Shown here in pieces: positions 47,401 to 60,225 of a stretch of DNA of 64,000 bases. A model generated the notes under the pieces. The model did not search any database. It was given only the letters and a program-made list of their open reading frames with translations, and was not told the origin of the DNA. Positions within the stretch are counted from its first letter, which is position 1; each line of letters begins with the position of its first letter. The translations under genes and the position numbers were made by a program. The stretch is from the human T2T-CHM13v2.0 reference genome, Homo sapiens, in NCBI RefSeq assembly GCF_009914755.1, contig NC_060930.1. One strand, written 5' to 3'.

Positions 47401-49232
47401 AAGTGTAGAGACTCAAAGGCAGGTGGGCTATGATAACATGTTGCCTCCTTCTCTACAGACTGGGAAGTGGAGGCAGGGAACGCTGCCTTGTTCCTGCTCT
47501 GTTGCTTGGCAGAGAGCTTCCAGGCAAACCAGAATGGAGGTGAATGGTGAATTAGACCTTGGATTTGGGGTCTAGACCATGCAACATATAGTGGGCCACA
47601 TCATTTCACACCAACGACATGGGTCATCGTCTCTCCTTAAACTTCAGCTTCATAGGGCTCCCGCGATTTAGTAATGTCACAAAGCAACATGTGGTCTTAC
47701 TTGGGACAGACATAATAATGCATCTTGAGCCATGGAAATGGGTTAAGTGCTAAATCTTATAAATATTTGTCCTGCCCTGGACGTTTAGGGCAAGGAAAGG
47801 AATGTTTTCTCTCTTACTGAATTCCACATCATCTCAGCTCGGCAATCAATCAAAGCTCTGGCTTTCCTCCTGGGATTTTATGACCTCAGATGGGAAGCAC
47901 GACAAGCAGAGAATTTGCAGCTATGTGGGGACCCCAAGCTGAAAGGTTTCTAACGCACGTTGGAGGGTCTTCGGGCTCCACTGCCGTCTTGTGGGTTGCT
48001 TTCTCTTCTTTGCAGTTTTCCTGGCAGAGTTGCTCGGATTACTTGATGAGGTTCTTGGGGTTATCTTTTCAGGAGCATCCCTGAAATCACAGGTGTTGTT
48101 GCCAGAGGCGATGCCCTCTCTTCAGCTGGCAGAAGCGCCAGCGGCAGGAGCGTGTCGAGGGAGGTTTTGTGTCTCTTCTCCCCATCCTCGGCCTGCTTAC
48201 CGAGGCCCGCTCCGTGCCAGAAAACACACTGGTGTTCACGTGTCACCCCAGCTCCACGATCATGACCTGCTGCCTGTCTCAGGTACCACCAGTTGCATTT
48301 TCTCAGACAGAATTTTAACTTCATCAAATTGTGGTAGGAGGAATCCTAGAGACCACGTAAAATGACTCCTTCATTTTCTAGGTGAGGATCTTGAAACCCA
48401 GCAGGGTTAAACGACACTGAAGAGGAAACACCCAGCCCTGGCCCCACAGAACAGCGTGAGCTTGCTAATGAATAGCCCGAAGACCACACAGCACTAGACA
48501 GAGCATTTCAGCTTTGAAGAAGTGAGTTCCTGACCTTGAGCTTTGGAACAGATGCTCTATGAACCTCTGCAAGTGACCAGCTTTTAGGGCCATCCTTGAA
48601 GACAGCGATTCTAGTGAATGGACAGTGTGTAGCTCCTGCTCACAGCTGGGAGAACTACTTAAAGGGAGCACATTAGGTAAGGATCCAATTTACACTTTGA
48701 TGTCTAAGTCTCTTTCTTTGCCTGTCAGAACAAAAGTCACTGCCATGATAACTAGGCTTTGCTAGTGCAATGCAGTATATTTTAAATTCTTACAAATATT
48801 TTAGACTTGTTTCCACAGAGGCACCATTGATATGTACGTAAAACAGGGCCTTTCAGCAAAGTGTTAAGCTGATCATCTGCAGGGGTGAACCTACGACAAT
48901 GAAATGACACGTGTGCTCGTGGATTAGACGGCAGTGAATGTGGTTTCTCTTGAGAACTTCGTTCTAGTGGAAAAATGAAGCATCTCTCCCTCGTGACACG
49001 ATTCTCACCACAGCGGTTCTGGCCCCTCCTGTTAGTGATGAGCAGGTTGTTTAAAAGAAAAAGAAAAAATATGGCCTCCTAAGCACATAAACCACACGTT
49101 GTAAAAAAGCCCAGACTATCCCAGTGAGATTATAATGAACGTCTTATTTCCAATTAAGTTTCACTTCATATAATTGGATTTTATGCTTCAGAATGATGTT
49201 CCTAATTATGGGTGTTATGTCTGTGAGACAAC

Positions 49233-49945
49233 TGTTAAGAGAAAAACCTTGGACAAGGCCAGGCACGGTGGCTCATGCCTGTAATCCTGGCACTCTGGGA
49301 GGCTGAGGTGGGAGGACTGCTTGAACCCAGGAGTTTGAGACCAGCTTGGCAACACGGCAAAACCCTGTCTCTCCAAAATTTTTTTTAAAAAAGCATTATC
49401 GTGGTGTGGTGGTACACGCCTGTAGTCCCAGCTACTTGGGAGGCTGAGTTGGGAGGATCGCCTGAGCCAGGGAAGTCGAGGCTGCAGTGAGCTGTGATTA
49501 GTGCCACTGCACTCCAGCCTGGGCAATGGAGTGAGACTCAGTCTCAAAAAAAAGAAAAGAAAAATCATAGACAAATTAAATTTAAGAGAGTAATTGAGCA
49601 AAAATGCTTCACCAATCAGGCAGCCCCTGATCAAGAATAGGCTCAGAGAGACTCTGGCACTGCCTTGGGGTGGAAAGAAATTTATGGACAAAAAAGCAAA
49701 GTGAGGCACAGAAAACAGAGAGGAAGGACAGAAACAGCTGGTCGGTTACAGCTCAGTGTTTGCCCTTTTGAACACAGTTCAAACAGTTTGCTGCCTGTGA
49801 TTGGCTGAAACTCTGTGATTGGTACAAGAGTGGGTTAGGTCTGTTTCCATGTCCAGTTAGGTGACAGTTCGCTGTGTACACAGAAACCTTCAGGCCAAAC
49901 GTAAAATGTGTAAGAAGGCAGCTTTAGGCTAAACTTCATTCAACA
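49233..49945 (-). mobile_element. MER57-type ERV1 solo LTR interrupted by an Alu
   Basis: Minus strand begins tgttgaatgaagtttagcctaaagctgcc and has CCAAT boxes; + strand starts tgttaagagaaaaa. Confidence 0.85.
49257..49559 (+). mobile_element. AluJ
   Basis: ggaggatcgcctgagcc...gaggctgcagtgagctgtgat; degenerate TSD aaaaaccttggacaa/aaaaatcatagacaa. Confidence 0.93.
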
Positions 49946-50080
49946 CAGTGCAGAGTGTGTAGGCAGCATCCATGAATGAGAAAGTTATAGCGTGTGAGTG
50001 TGTGTGCACAGGGCAGCACCTGTGGCTGAAAAAGTCACAGCAGGCGAGTGTGGGCATGCACAAGGCAGAAGGATGGGACA

Positions 50081-50256
50081 GCATGGCTGGCCAGTGCATG
50101 GTCACTGGGGGATTTGCATGGCAGGCCAGCTGGATGGTTTCTGGGGGATTTGCATGTCGGGCCAGTGCGATGGTAACTGGGGATTTTTCATAGCAGGCCA
50201 GTTTGATGGTAACTGCAGGGTTTGCATGGTGGGCCAGTGCAATGGTAACTGGGGGA
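50081..50256. repeat. Degenerate 36-bp tandem repeat, ~5 copies
   Basis: ggccag....atggtaactgggggatttgcat pattern. Confidence 0.88.
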
Positions 50257-51410
50257 CTGGGTGATTTTCAGATGCAAGAACTCTTCCCATTTCTTCAAAG
50301 CGGGTACTGACATGCTGAGCTGTTCATCTGCATGACTGCAACCTCTGTGGGAAGTTGGGGAAGCCACAGACAGAGGCATTTTCTTTTCTTTCTCACAGGT
50401 CTGGGGTATCGCTGCCACTGTGTTACTCCCTCCAATGATTAAGTCCTACAGAAGCCAAGCCCTTTTGGGAATCAGGCTCAGAGTGGGCTGTGTCCTCACC
50501 TTAGTAGCTTCCCTTGTCCAGGCCCCTGACAACAGTCATGGGTGGCGGGGCCTCCAGTTTCAGTGAGCTTTGGGGATTTTCTGTAGCGCACCACCTTCCG
50601 CTCCTTAACCTGCATGAACAGAGATGACCATGGCCCATCAGAAGATGGAGAAACTAGACAGGGGGGCATGTGTGCCCCCTTTTCCAGAGCCTCACAATGA
50701 CTCAGCGTTTGGGCAAGAGATGGATCCCAGGACTCCCAAACATTCTTCCAGCCTTGCACAGTTCACCAGAGAGTCACAGTGACTCATTCTCATCCTCAAA
50801 GTCTTTTCCCACTCAGGTGTCTGGTAAGAAGCCTGGTTAGAAGCTCCACTGCAGGAAGAAGGACATCTTGCCACGTGTTTTGAACACATGTTGTCTTGTT
50901 ATATGTTGTGAACATAGATGTTTTCAATTGATTTTAACAAAACACATTATACATTCCATTAAGAAAAAAAAACAATCAGTGTGTTTGCTTTGCTGTCTGT
51001 GAAAGATGTTTCAAATGAAGTGGAGTGATCTAATTTCATTGTCGGCTCCTGAAGAATTCATATAGCAGAGTGAAAACATCCATCAGTATTTGGACATGTA
51101 CTCCTTGTGGTTTAAAATAAGGGCCAAGCACGCCTTTTATTTGGTGATATTCAACATAAAGAAGGCGTTTTCTATGTTTTTGTGATCTCATTTTGCTTTC
51201 TTTGAAGACGAATATCATTTTTAGAACAAAAAAGATTGTAAAATAATTATGTCATCAGAATTCAATGATAATTCACAGGAAAACAGGACACTGATTGTGT
51301 TGGTCAAACAGCCCATGCGCACGGTAAGCCGAGTGTGACTTTGTTTATCAAATGCTCATGTGGCGAGACCGATCTCTGGACTCTGTCCTGGGTTCCCGGG
51401 CTCCACCCAG

Positions 51411-51634
51411 GCTGCATCTCGCATTCCCCCCGGTGCACACGCTGTGTTGCTGCATCTCGCATCCCCCCGGTGCACACGCTGTGTTGCTGCATCTCCCATC
51501 CCCCGGTGCACACGCTGCGTTGCTGCATCTCGCATCCCCCCGGTGCACACGCTGTGTTGCTGCATCTCGCATCCCCCCGGTGCACACGCTGTGTTGCTGC
51601 ATCTCGCATCCCCCTGGTGCACACGCTGTGTTGC
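51411..51634. repeat. CpG-rich minisatellite, 6 copies of a 36-38 bp unit
   Basis: gctgcatctcgcatccccccggtgcacacgctgtgtt starting at 51411, 51449, 51486, 51522, 51559, 51596. Confidence 0.98.
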
Positions 51635-51722
51635 AGTTCTTGCCTCGTAGGAGCCGTCCATGGCAGCTGGCAGGTGGAGGATCCTGCCTTTTGAGTACTG
51701 TGTTCCTGGGTCAGTGCAAAGT

Positions 51723-51860
51723 CAGGTGCACTGGAGCAGGCTCCTATCAGCTAAACATTCAGGAAGTTTGAGAGGCTGATGTTAAGGTAGCTTGAAGTGG
51801 TCATGAGAGAAAAATTTGCACCCTGAAAGTTGACAAATGCTTCAAATCAGGACTCCTTCT
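51723..51860 (+). mobile_element. MER63-like hAT-Blackjack remnant
   Basis: ctggagcaggctc...ttcaggaagtttgagaggctgatgtt...ggtagcttgaa...acaaatgcttcaaatcagg. Confidence 0.55.
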
Positions 51861-54415
51861 CCATCCTGTCCCAGCTGAATACAGAGAAACGATTCATCTT
51901 TTGCCGACCTCTGTTGCCTTTTGGCAAAGTAAAGTCATGAGACTTCAGGAAGCAATTCAACTTCTCAAAATGAATTAAATAGCTTTCATGAGCTTGCAAA
52001 TGTCTGCCTTTCTTATAGGAGGAGGCAGAGGGTTCAGCCTCCCTAGAGAAGTGATATTATAATCTCCACCTCTGTCTCCTTTTGGCAAAGTGAAGTCACG
52101 AGATTTCGGGAAGCAATTCCCGTCTACATTCAGCACCTGCAATTGCATTAAAGGACATCCCGGGCAGAGGAAAAGCAAGGCCACGGGCACAGGGCGGGGC
52201 AGTGGCAAAGGTGATGGGGAAGGGTGGCTGCCGACATGGTGGTCAGCAGGCTGCAGCCACCTTGTGACCAGGAGGTATGCCTTGCTCAGAAGCCCGGATG
52301 CTTGATGCATGTACCGTCCAGATGTTCTAAGCCATGTGCACAGAGAGCCCTCGGGCCTAACAACACATACATCACTGTCAATCCCGAAGCACCGTCATGG
52401 AGATTTATCCACCCTCCAACAGCATCAGTGCCCTGGAGTCCGCCCAGATGAGATGAGTTCCAGGAAAATGTTGTCCCTCAGGAGTCCTGGGCTTTACTTT
52501 CAGATACACTACTCTCTTCAGGTATGAATTCCATAGTCATTTCCATGTTAAGCCTCAGCCTTTTCAGTGTAAAATGGCAGTTCCAGGGGGAAATGTTGTA
52601 CAGTAGGATAAGCCAGACTCAAATTACTGAAAACATCCTGAATTAGTAGCCACATTTCCACGTTTCGGTGGCCCCTGGCAGGTGGAGGTTATCAGAGCGT
52701 CTGGCAGCCCTCTCATTCCCAGGCTAAAATGAGGTCTGACTGCAGCTCATACAGCTGGAGTGTGGCCTGGTGAGGAAGGGTTTAGAAGACCGAGAGGAGG
52801 CTAACATCCTACAAAGCACAACAGTCACTTCCTGAAACGTACCTTAGGTGTGATTTTAAACTTGACTCATTTGACGCACTTTTTCTGGCACTTACAGAGA
52901 TGAGGCCATCTTCTCTTGTGACTGCTTTAAGCTCTTGCCAGGCATTGCCAAAAAAAAAAATAACCTGGGGACGAGCCGCCCACCCAGCAGTAGTATTGAT
53001 CCGTGCTTGCCAATGGTCCTTTGCTTTCGTGTCTGTAAGCTGTGGCTCCCTGCGGGTCAGTCTTCCTGACTCAGAGGAGCAGACACTTCTGCATTACTCA
53101 CTGTTCTAAAACGTTCTTGTAAACACCAGAGATTTATTCTTCAGCTTTGCTGTCAGATGGCTAATCTCTCATTTATGGGTTTGTGCTGACTAGTGCATAG
53201 CCAGCACAGCACGGGCTGCCGCTCTCCACTCCCCCAGAGAAGGGCCCAGGGTTCCCCCTGCCCTGGCTCCCAGAGCTCAGCTCTGGTATTCAAGGCAGGA
53301 CCTACCCACCTGCCTGAGGGCTCGCCAACAGTGTTACATGACGACCTAGAATAAAAGCTGCAGAGACTTCAAAAGAGAGGTCTCCTTTAAAGGCAGTGAA
53401 GTGGGCGTTTTGGAGAAAAGATGTCTATGGTTGCTAAACACTCACATTTTCAGGAGCCTTGGTAAACCTGGAGAAACTGTTTGATTTCTAAGTCAACATA
53501 CTTCACCCAGTCATCCTTCCCTTTGGTTAAACTGCATAAAGCTCATCACTGTAACATCACTTCACTAGGGGGCTGACCCCCTCTGTCTCCTTTAACAAAG
53601 GCAGATATTTGCAAGCCCGTGAAACACAGTGAGCTGAACATGTTCCTACATTGTTATATTGGAAGTGGAAGCAGCTGCTCCTAATTTGGTCATCTTCCCT
53701 CAAGCAGGAAGGGGTCGCCAAGCAGAGGGTCCCACGGAGCCAAGACTCCACAGACTGCTACGTGACCACAGGGATGGGTTAGACCCGCTTCCAGCTTCTG
53801 CAGCTAAAGCAACAGCCCCCACAGGGCAGAGGAAAGCGACAAAACCAAATCCCAGCGCTTCTGAAATGGACACATCTGCCCTCTGGAAAAAATCAATTGG
53901 CGTTGCCGTGACAGATTCTGCCGCCCAGCAAGACGCGAAGTGATTTAGTAATCTAGTTGTTTTTTGTTTTTGATTAAGCAAACAGTTTTCTACAAAAGCA
54001 GCTAACCCTCTCCTATCATTGCCGGAGCATGGGCTTGGTAAAGGAAGTAGGTGCAAAATGCTGGATTTTATTGATTCTCCAAATGAAGTGTTCCCACAAG
54101 GCGAAGAGGTGGAGCTCCGGAAATGCTCACCGTGTCTGTCTTCTCCCTGGCATGGTGGGGCTGGCTGCACAAACACTCGAAGAAGTCGTTGAATGCCAGC
54201 CCTCAGCACGTGGGCAGGTGCAATGGTGCCTGGAGTCTCAAAGCTGAGTCATGTAAGAATCCCCTTAAAATGGGTTCAATGTTGACAAACACTGACTTAA
54301 AAAAAAATTTAACACTGACTTTAAAAAGCCAGTCTATTAAAATGTCTTTCAACTGTAAATGTTTACATCAAAAGTTTCATCTTTATAATCACTAATTTAA
54401 AAAAACTACCAGTGA

Positions 54416-54910
<495 letters not shown>

Positions 54911-55384
54911 TGAAGACCCCGGCTGAAGACCACTGATGTGATGTAAAGATCTGGGCTTTGCCAAGATGGATTTAAGTTTAAATTCCAGCTCCGCCACTCA
55001 GTGCCTCTGTAAATTTGGGCCATTTAAACTCTCCAGTCTGTTTATACACAAAGAGAGCAAACAGCATCTGCTCCACAGTGGCTGTGAGGCCTGCACGGAG
55101 TGTCAGGAGAGCATCTGGTACACAACAGAGAGACAATTGCAAGCTTCGCTCCGCTTTCTCCTGTAACAAATATTGATTGAATTGGTTGAATATTGATTTG
55201 GAAGCTCCATTAGCGGGTGAGTTTCCAAATGCTCACCTCCATTGAGGTGAGCTCAGGGGCTCCTCCAGGACAAAGCCAGTGGTGTGGGGAAGAACACTTT
55301 CTTCTGGGCCATTTGGGGTGAACTCCTGGGGTTGGGAGCACTGGCTCTAGGCAGCCTGTGTGTGACACCAATCTCGTTCGGACC

Positions 55385-55490
55385 TGGGACTTTATGCAAA
55401 TGGCTTACTTCCTCTGTGCCTCAGTTTCCCTATCTATAAAATGAGGAGGGTAATAGTGCCTTCCTTAGAGGGCTGTATTAATGTTAGTCA
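55385..55490 (+). mobile_element. MIR core
   Basis: cttacttcctctgtgcctcagtttccctatctataaaatgagg. Confidence 0.8.
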
Positions 55491-56290
55491 TGGTTGTTAT
55501 TATAGGAAAATGCATTTTTCCCCTCGGCCTTCTTTTGTTCAATCTCTTCAATTTTCTTCCTCTCTGATACATTTGTTATTTTTATCATGCCCCCTTTCCT
55601 GGACTAAAGGAGAATATTCAATTAAAGTAATGCAGTTTGAAAGCTCTGAAGGAGGAGTCTTTTCTTCCTCAGCCCCAATTACTTTGATAATTGGAGTGAG
55701 TCCTACATATGACCGCAGCTAAGAGCCATCGATGGGGAGATGGACACCACAATTTCCTATTTCATTACAAAAAATGGTGCCAATTAAATCGAGTCAAATA
55801 TTTCTTACCATTTAGACTTTTTACATTTTTTCTTACAGAAGGAGTAAGGGCTAATTCGGGCCCAGATTGTCAGATGTCATCCTTGTGAATGCATAAAAAG
55901 GAAACTGTAGTGGTGGGAACGGAAGGGTTCCCTGAAGCATGGTCGGAGACCCTGTCCTCGTTCCTTAAAGTCACTGATGACAGAGTGAGCAGCCGTCTGG
56001 ATTGCCTGGGACAGAGGAGCTTTCGGTGCTAAAACAGGGACAGTCTGGGAAGCTGGGAGGCTGGGCCATCTTGGGTGAGGGGTGGTTTCTGCACACCGTC
56101 CACCATGTCCCTGAAGGCTTGGTCGACACACACTTCTTAGAGCACCTGCCTGACCTCCAGGGTTTCCTTCCCGCCCTGACAACAGTTTCGCAGGTGTGAT
56201 GTTCACTTTCTTCGATCTTACGTGGTGGCATCCACCGAATGCTTTCAGCCAACAACCAGGACTTACATTTTATTTCCTAAACCTTATGCA

Positions 56291-56412
56291 GTTTATGGGT
56301 GAAAGCACTGGGGGGCATGGTTGTCTGGTGCGGTTTGTGGGTGAAAGCACTGGGGGGCATGGTTGTCTGGTGCGGTTTATGGGTGAAAGCATTGGGGGGC
56401 GTGGTTGTCTGG
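56291..56412. repeat. 42-bp tandem repeat x3
   Basis: gtttatgggtgaaagcactggggggcatggttgtctggtgcg starting at 56291, 56333, 56375. Confidence 0.96.
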
Positions 56413-58270
56413 CGAAGGAGTTATGGGGTAACAACCATGTCACCTGTTCCTACCTTGGGGCCAAGACCTTGGAGCACCCGGAGGGCAGAAGTCTTTATCC
56501 CAGAGGTTCCAGCCCAGGGGCCTGTGCTGGGCCCCACCCCGTGGCTCTTCTTTTTGATCTTCAAGTGCCTGAGAGGCCCCTTCCTCTGCGGGCTGAGGCT
56601 TCTGCCAGGCGAAGCCCATGGCTCAGTGGCAGTAACGGCAGCATGGCCGAGGTCACTCGTGAGGAGGCAAGGATGTCCAGTCACGACCGCCTCCCCATAG
56701 TCCATAACAAGCAGCCTGACTCTAGAGAGGCCAGAATGTTGGGAATGCCGTAGATTTAATAATCAATGACGCGTGGCAACTCCACCTGGTCTGTGAGGAG
56801 CCCCACTGTCACCCTGGCCGTCCTGCCATCCCCCGACGGGGCGGCTTCCTCGGTGGGCTGCGCCTCTCCCCTCCCCATGCTGCTCCTCCCCAGTGTCTCC
56901 AGTGCTCCCCTTACCCCCCAGCCTGGCAGGCCCTTCTCTGGGTGCGGGGTGGGAGGAGCAGCCCCTGCCAGGCCCCCCAGCGACCCTTGCCCGCCTCAGC
57001 TCTGCACTGACACTGGGGTCAGGTCTTCGTTTTGGAATCCCGGGCCGGGTACTTGCTTTGGTCAAGACTGCCTTTGGTGCCCGCTGCTTTCCCATGTTGA
57101 ACACTGACAACCGAAGCGTGGGGCATATCAATTATTTAAGCGATGATGAGGAATTATTTTTATTTTCAAGAGAGTTTCGAAGTTCTCTTTGAGTCCTGAA
57201 CCATGAGTCTTCCTCAGCCTGGCAACTTTGCTTCTGATTTTCCGTGAATGTCGTTAGAATATGAACGAGGAGGTTCTTTGTGTCTCAGGCAATGCCAATC
57301 CCAAGAACAGAGCTTTCTCCTGCCGCACGGGTATGCACCATGTTCTCAATTATGTCTGCGGTTTTCCTCTCTCTGAGGGTCTATCCGCCCCACCTGTGGT
57401 GAGGACTGAAGGCTTACAGGTTAAACACAGCTATCCCTTCCAGGCAGAAGTGGTAATTTGTGCTCTGATCTCAGTGATGTTTTAACCATTAGAGGATGCT
57501 TTTTAACACCTTAAATTCCATCAGTCGGGATGGAAACTTGAAAAGGCTATGGGAAATACATTATTGCTCCATCTAAAAAGCTCCCTTCAAATGAGAATGA
57601 AGGAAAGGAACGAGCTACTGAATGCACCAGGCAATCTTCTTGCCCTCACTGTTAGAATCGCCCTATCCTTGCCTCTCCTGATCACTCAAACATAAAAGAT
57701 ATTAAAATATTTTTTTCCAGGTAAGACTAGTTGGCCACCGATCCACATTCTCAAGAGGAAAGTGTGATGATTTCTTGGTATGGCTGGTGCAGATTGAACT
57801 GAAAATCTGAGCCTGCCCAGGTTGAAGTGGCTCCAGCCCTGCGGTTAGCAGGACACTCATTTAGATGGAGGTGAGCAGTGGGGCGGTTCCCTCAGATGCA
57901 GCTGTGACGCTGAATTCCTGGCTCAAGTCTCAGACCTAGTGAGGTTGATATGTTCACAAACACTGATCTGTGTGCACTTCCGTTTGTCTAACACAAGATA
58001 AATTCAAGCGTGTGTTTATATGTTTGTATTTCCAACACAGAATGAAAGTGGCTCTTTTCTACTTGGATATATTACACATTTTTGTGACTTTCTTTTTAGA
58101 CCTCTGAGCTCAGAGGCACCTCTGCTTATTCCTAAGGTTGAGTTTTTTTCTTTTTGGCTCTGTTTTCCAGAACTGAGGAGCATGGAATGTTGAGAGTTAG
58201 GGAAGATATTGGGAGTGGAAAAGGAACGAGTGGGTTCACCTTGGGTCAGTCAAGAGTTGGCCTGTTTTTA

Positions 58271-58498
<228 letters not shown>

Positions 58499-59970
58499 TG
58501 CTTGTTTTTAAGTAAAATTCAAGTCAGTTGGTATTTGTTGACTCAGGGCCTCGTATTTGACACAGAAAGATGTCGAGAGGCGAGCAGAATCTCACTGCTG
58601 CACTGAGGGGCTCGCTGGCTGACGGTGGGAGGAGAATGTCTAACAACCTACCACATGCAGCAGATTCTCCTGGAAAGACGGGAGAGGCAAACGTGGCTAC
58701 TGGTGTTTGGAGCAAGAAGAGATTTCAACAGCCCATGGTGAGGACTGGGAAAGGCTAAGTTATGGAAAACAGGGCTTTTTAATGGCTTGACACATCAGAA
58801 CCCTCACATTGCTTTTAGAGTATGTAGGTCAGCTGGTTCTTCTGGCACGCATTTGCTGTGTCCAGGGCTGGTGCTCTGACAGCTGGAGATTCCCCAGATA
58901 AAGGCTTGCTGCTGGGCCGCACAAACCAGCTGAGGTCAAAGCACTGAGGAAGCTGCTCTGTGGCAGTGCCCTCGGCGGGAGGCAGGAGAGAGGCTGGCGT
59001 GGAGAAAACAGGGCTCGGGCAGCATCAGCTTTGATGTAACAGAGTGCTTCGTAAAACTCCCAACTTCCAGTGATTTGTTGATTGAAACATAATAGTTTCT
59101 GTACAGTTCTTTGGAAACCTAAATTTGTGGGTTACTTTCCGGTACTTTTTAAATTAATTTCATGTAAGCACCAGAAATATGATCAAAACAAACAATTGTA
59201 AACTTTGAGACTGTGACTGGACTCAGTCCCCTCACAGAGGAATGTAGGATAACTTTGAGCTTTAGAAAGACCTGCAGGACTGTCTGCAAAACTCCAAACA
59301 GCCCAGGGAGGTCCTCTGGCTGCTGCCCTGACCTCGGATAGGTCACGTCAGGGCTTTGGAGACTAACATGGTAAATGGGCTAGGCTCTGTGAATTCTTCA
59401 GGTATCAGTGAATTCTTCAGGGGTCAGTGATTCAAAGTTCTTAATTCTAGGGTTGTCTACCTCTTGTCGTTATCACTTAGGGGAACTAGAAACTGATTTA
59501 CTTCAAGAGCCCCCTCCATCACGTTTTATGCAGACGTCAGAAAAGCATTGCACATTTTCACAGAGTTTCTTGCCATTTACTTATCACACGTAAATTGGCA
59601 TAATTGAAAGAATACTTTCTTTAGTTCTGCATGGATGGTAAAAAGTTTCTGGAAATTTATTTCATTTTGAGAGTTACTTCCAGGGTTATTTGATGAAATT
59701 CAGATTTTTAAACAAATAATTTTAAGATTGCTTTCTAAGTAAGCATTTTTTATCTCATTCATGGGAAAAATGAGTAATCAAATTCGATTACAAATCATTT
59801 GATAGGTAAATAAAGCCTGATTTTTTAAAAAAGCACTTGGCTTTTTAAAATGAAGTGTTGAAATTATTTCCATTCAGCCATATTAGTACAGCTTTTCTTT
59901 CTAGATTTTCTTTGCTGCCAGGACTCCATTGAATATTGTGAAAAGAGTTACGATGCTGGAAAGCTAACAC

Positions 59971-60225
59971 TGATGACAACGATGATGATGATGATGATGA
60001 ATAACTGATATTTATTCATGACTTGGCAAGCATCAGGCATCATTCCAAGTGCCTCATATGTCTGAGCGCATTCATTCCCTTAGTACCTCTATGAGGCAGG
60101 GACTATTATCCCCATTTTACAGACCAAGAAGCTGAGGCAGTGAGACCGAATCTTGCCCACAGCTGCAGAGCTGGAATGCAGCAGAGCTGGGGGTGGAAAT
60201 CAGGCTTTGAACCTTCAGCACTGCA
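59971..60225 (-). mobile_element. MIR preceded by a (GAT)n tract
   Basis: ctctatgaggcagggactattatccccattttacagaccaagaagctgaggc. Confidence 0.8.

Noticed and set aside
51304-51771. Overlapping Cys/His-rich ORFs that look metal-binding
   Set aside because: All frames are open only because of the 37-bp repeat; no coding support
55232-55253. Perfect hairpin gctcacctc-catt-gaggtgagc
   Set aside because: 9-bp stem is too short for a miRNA precursor and expected by chance in 64 kb
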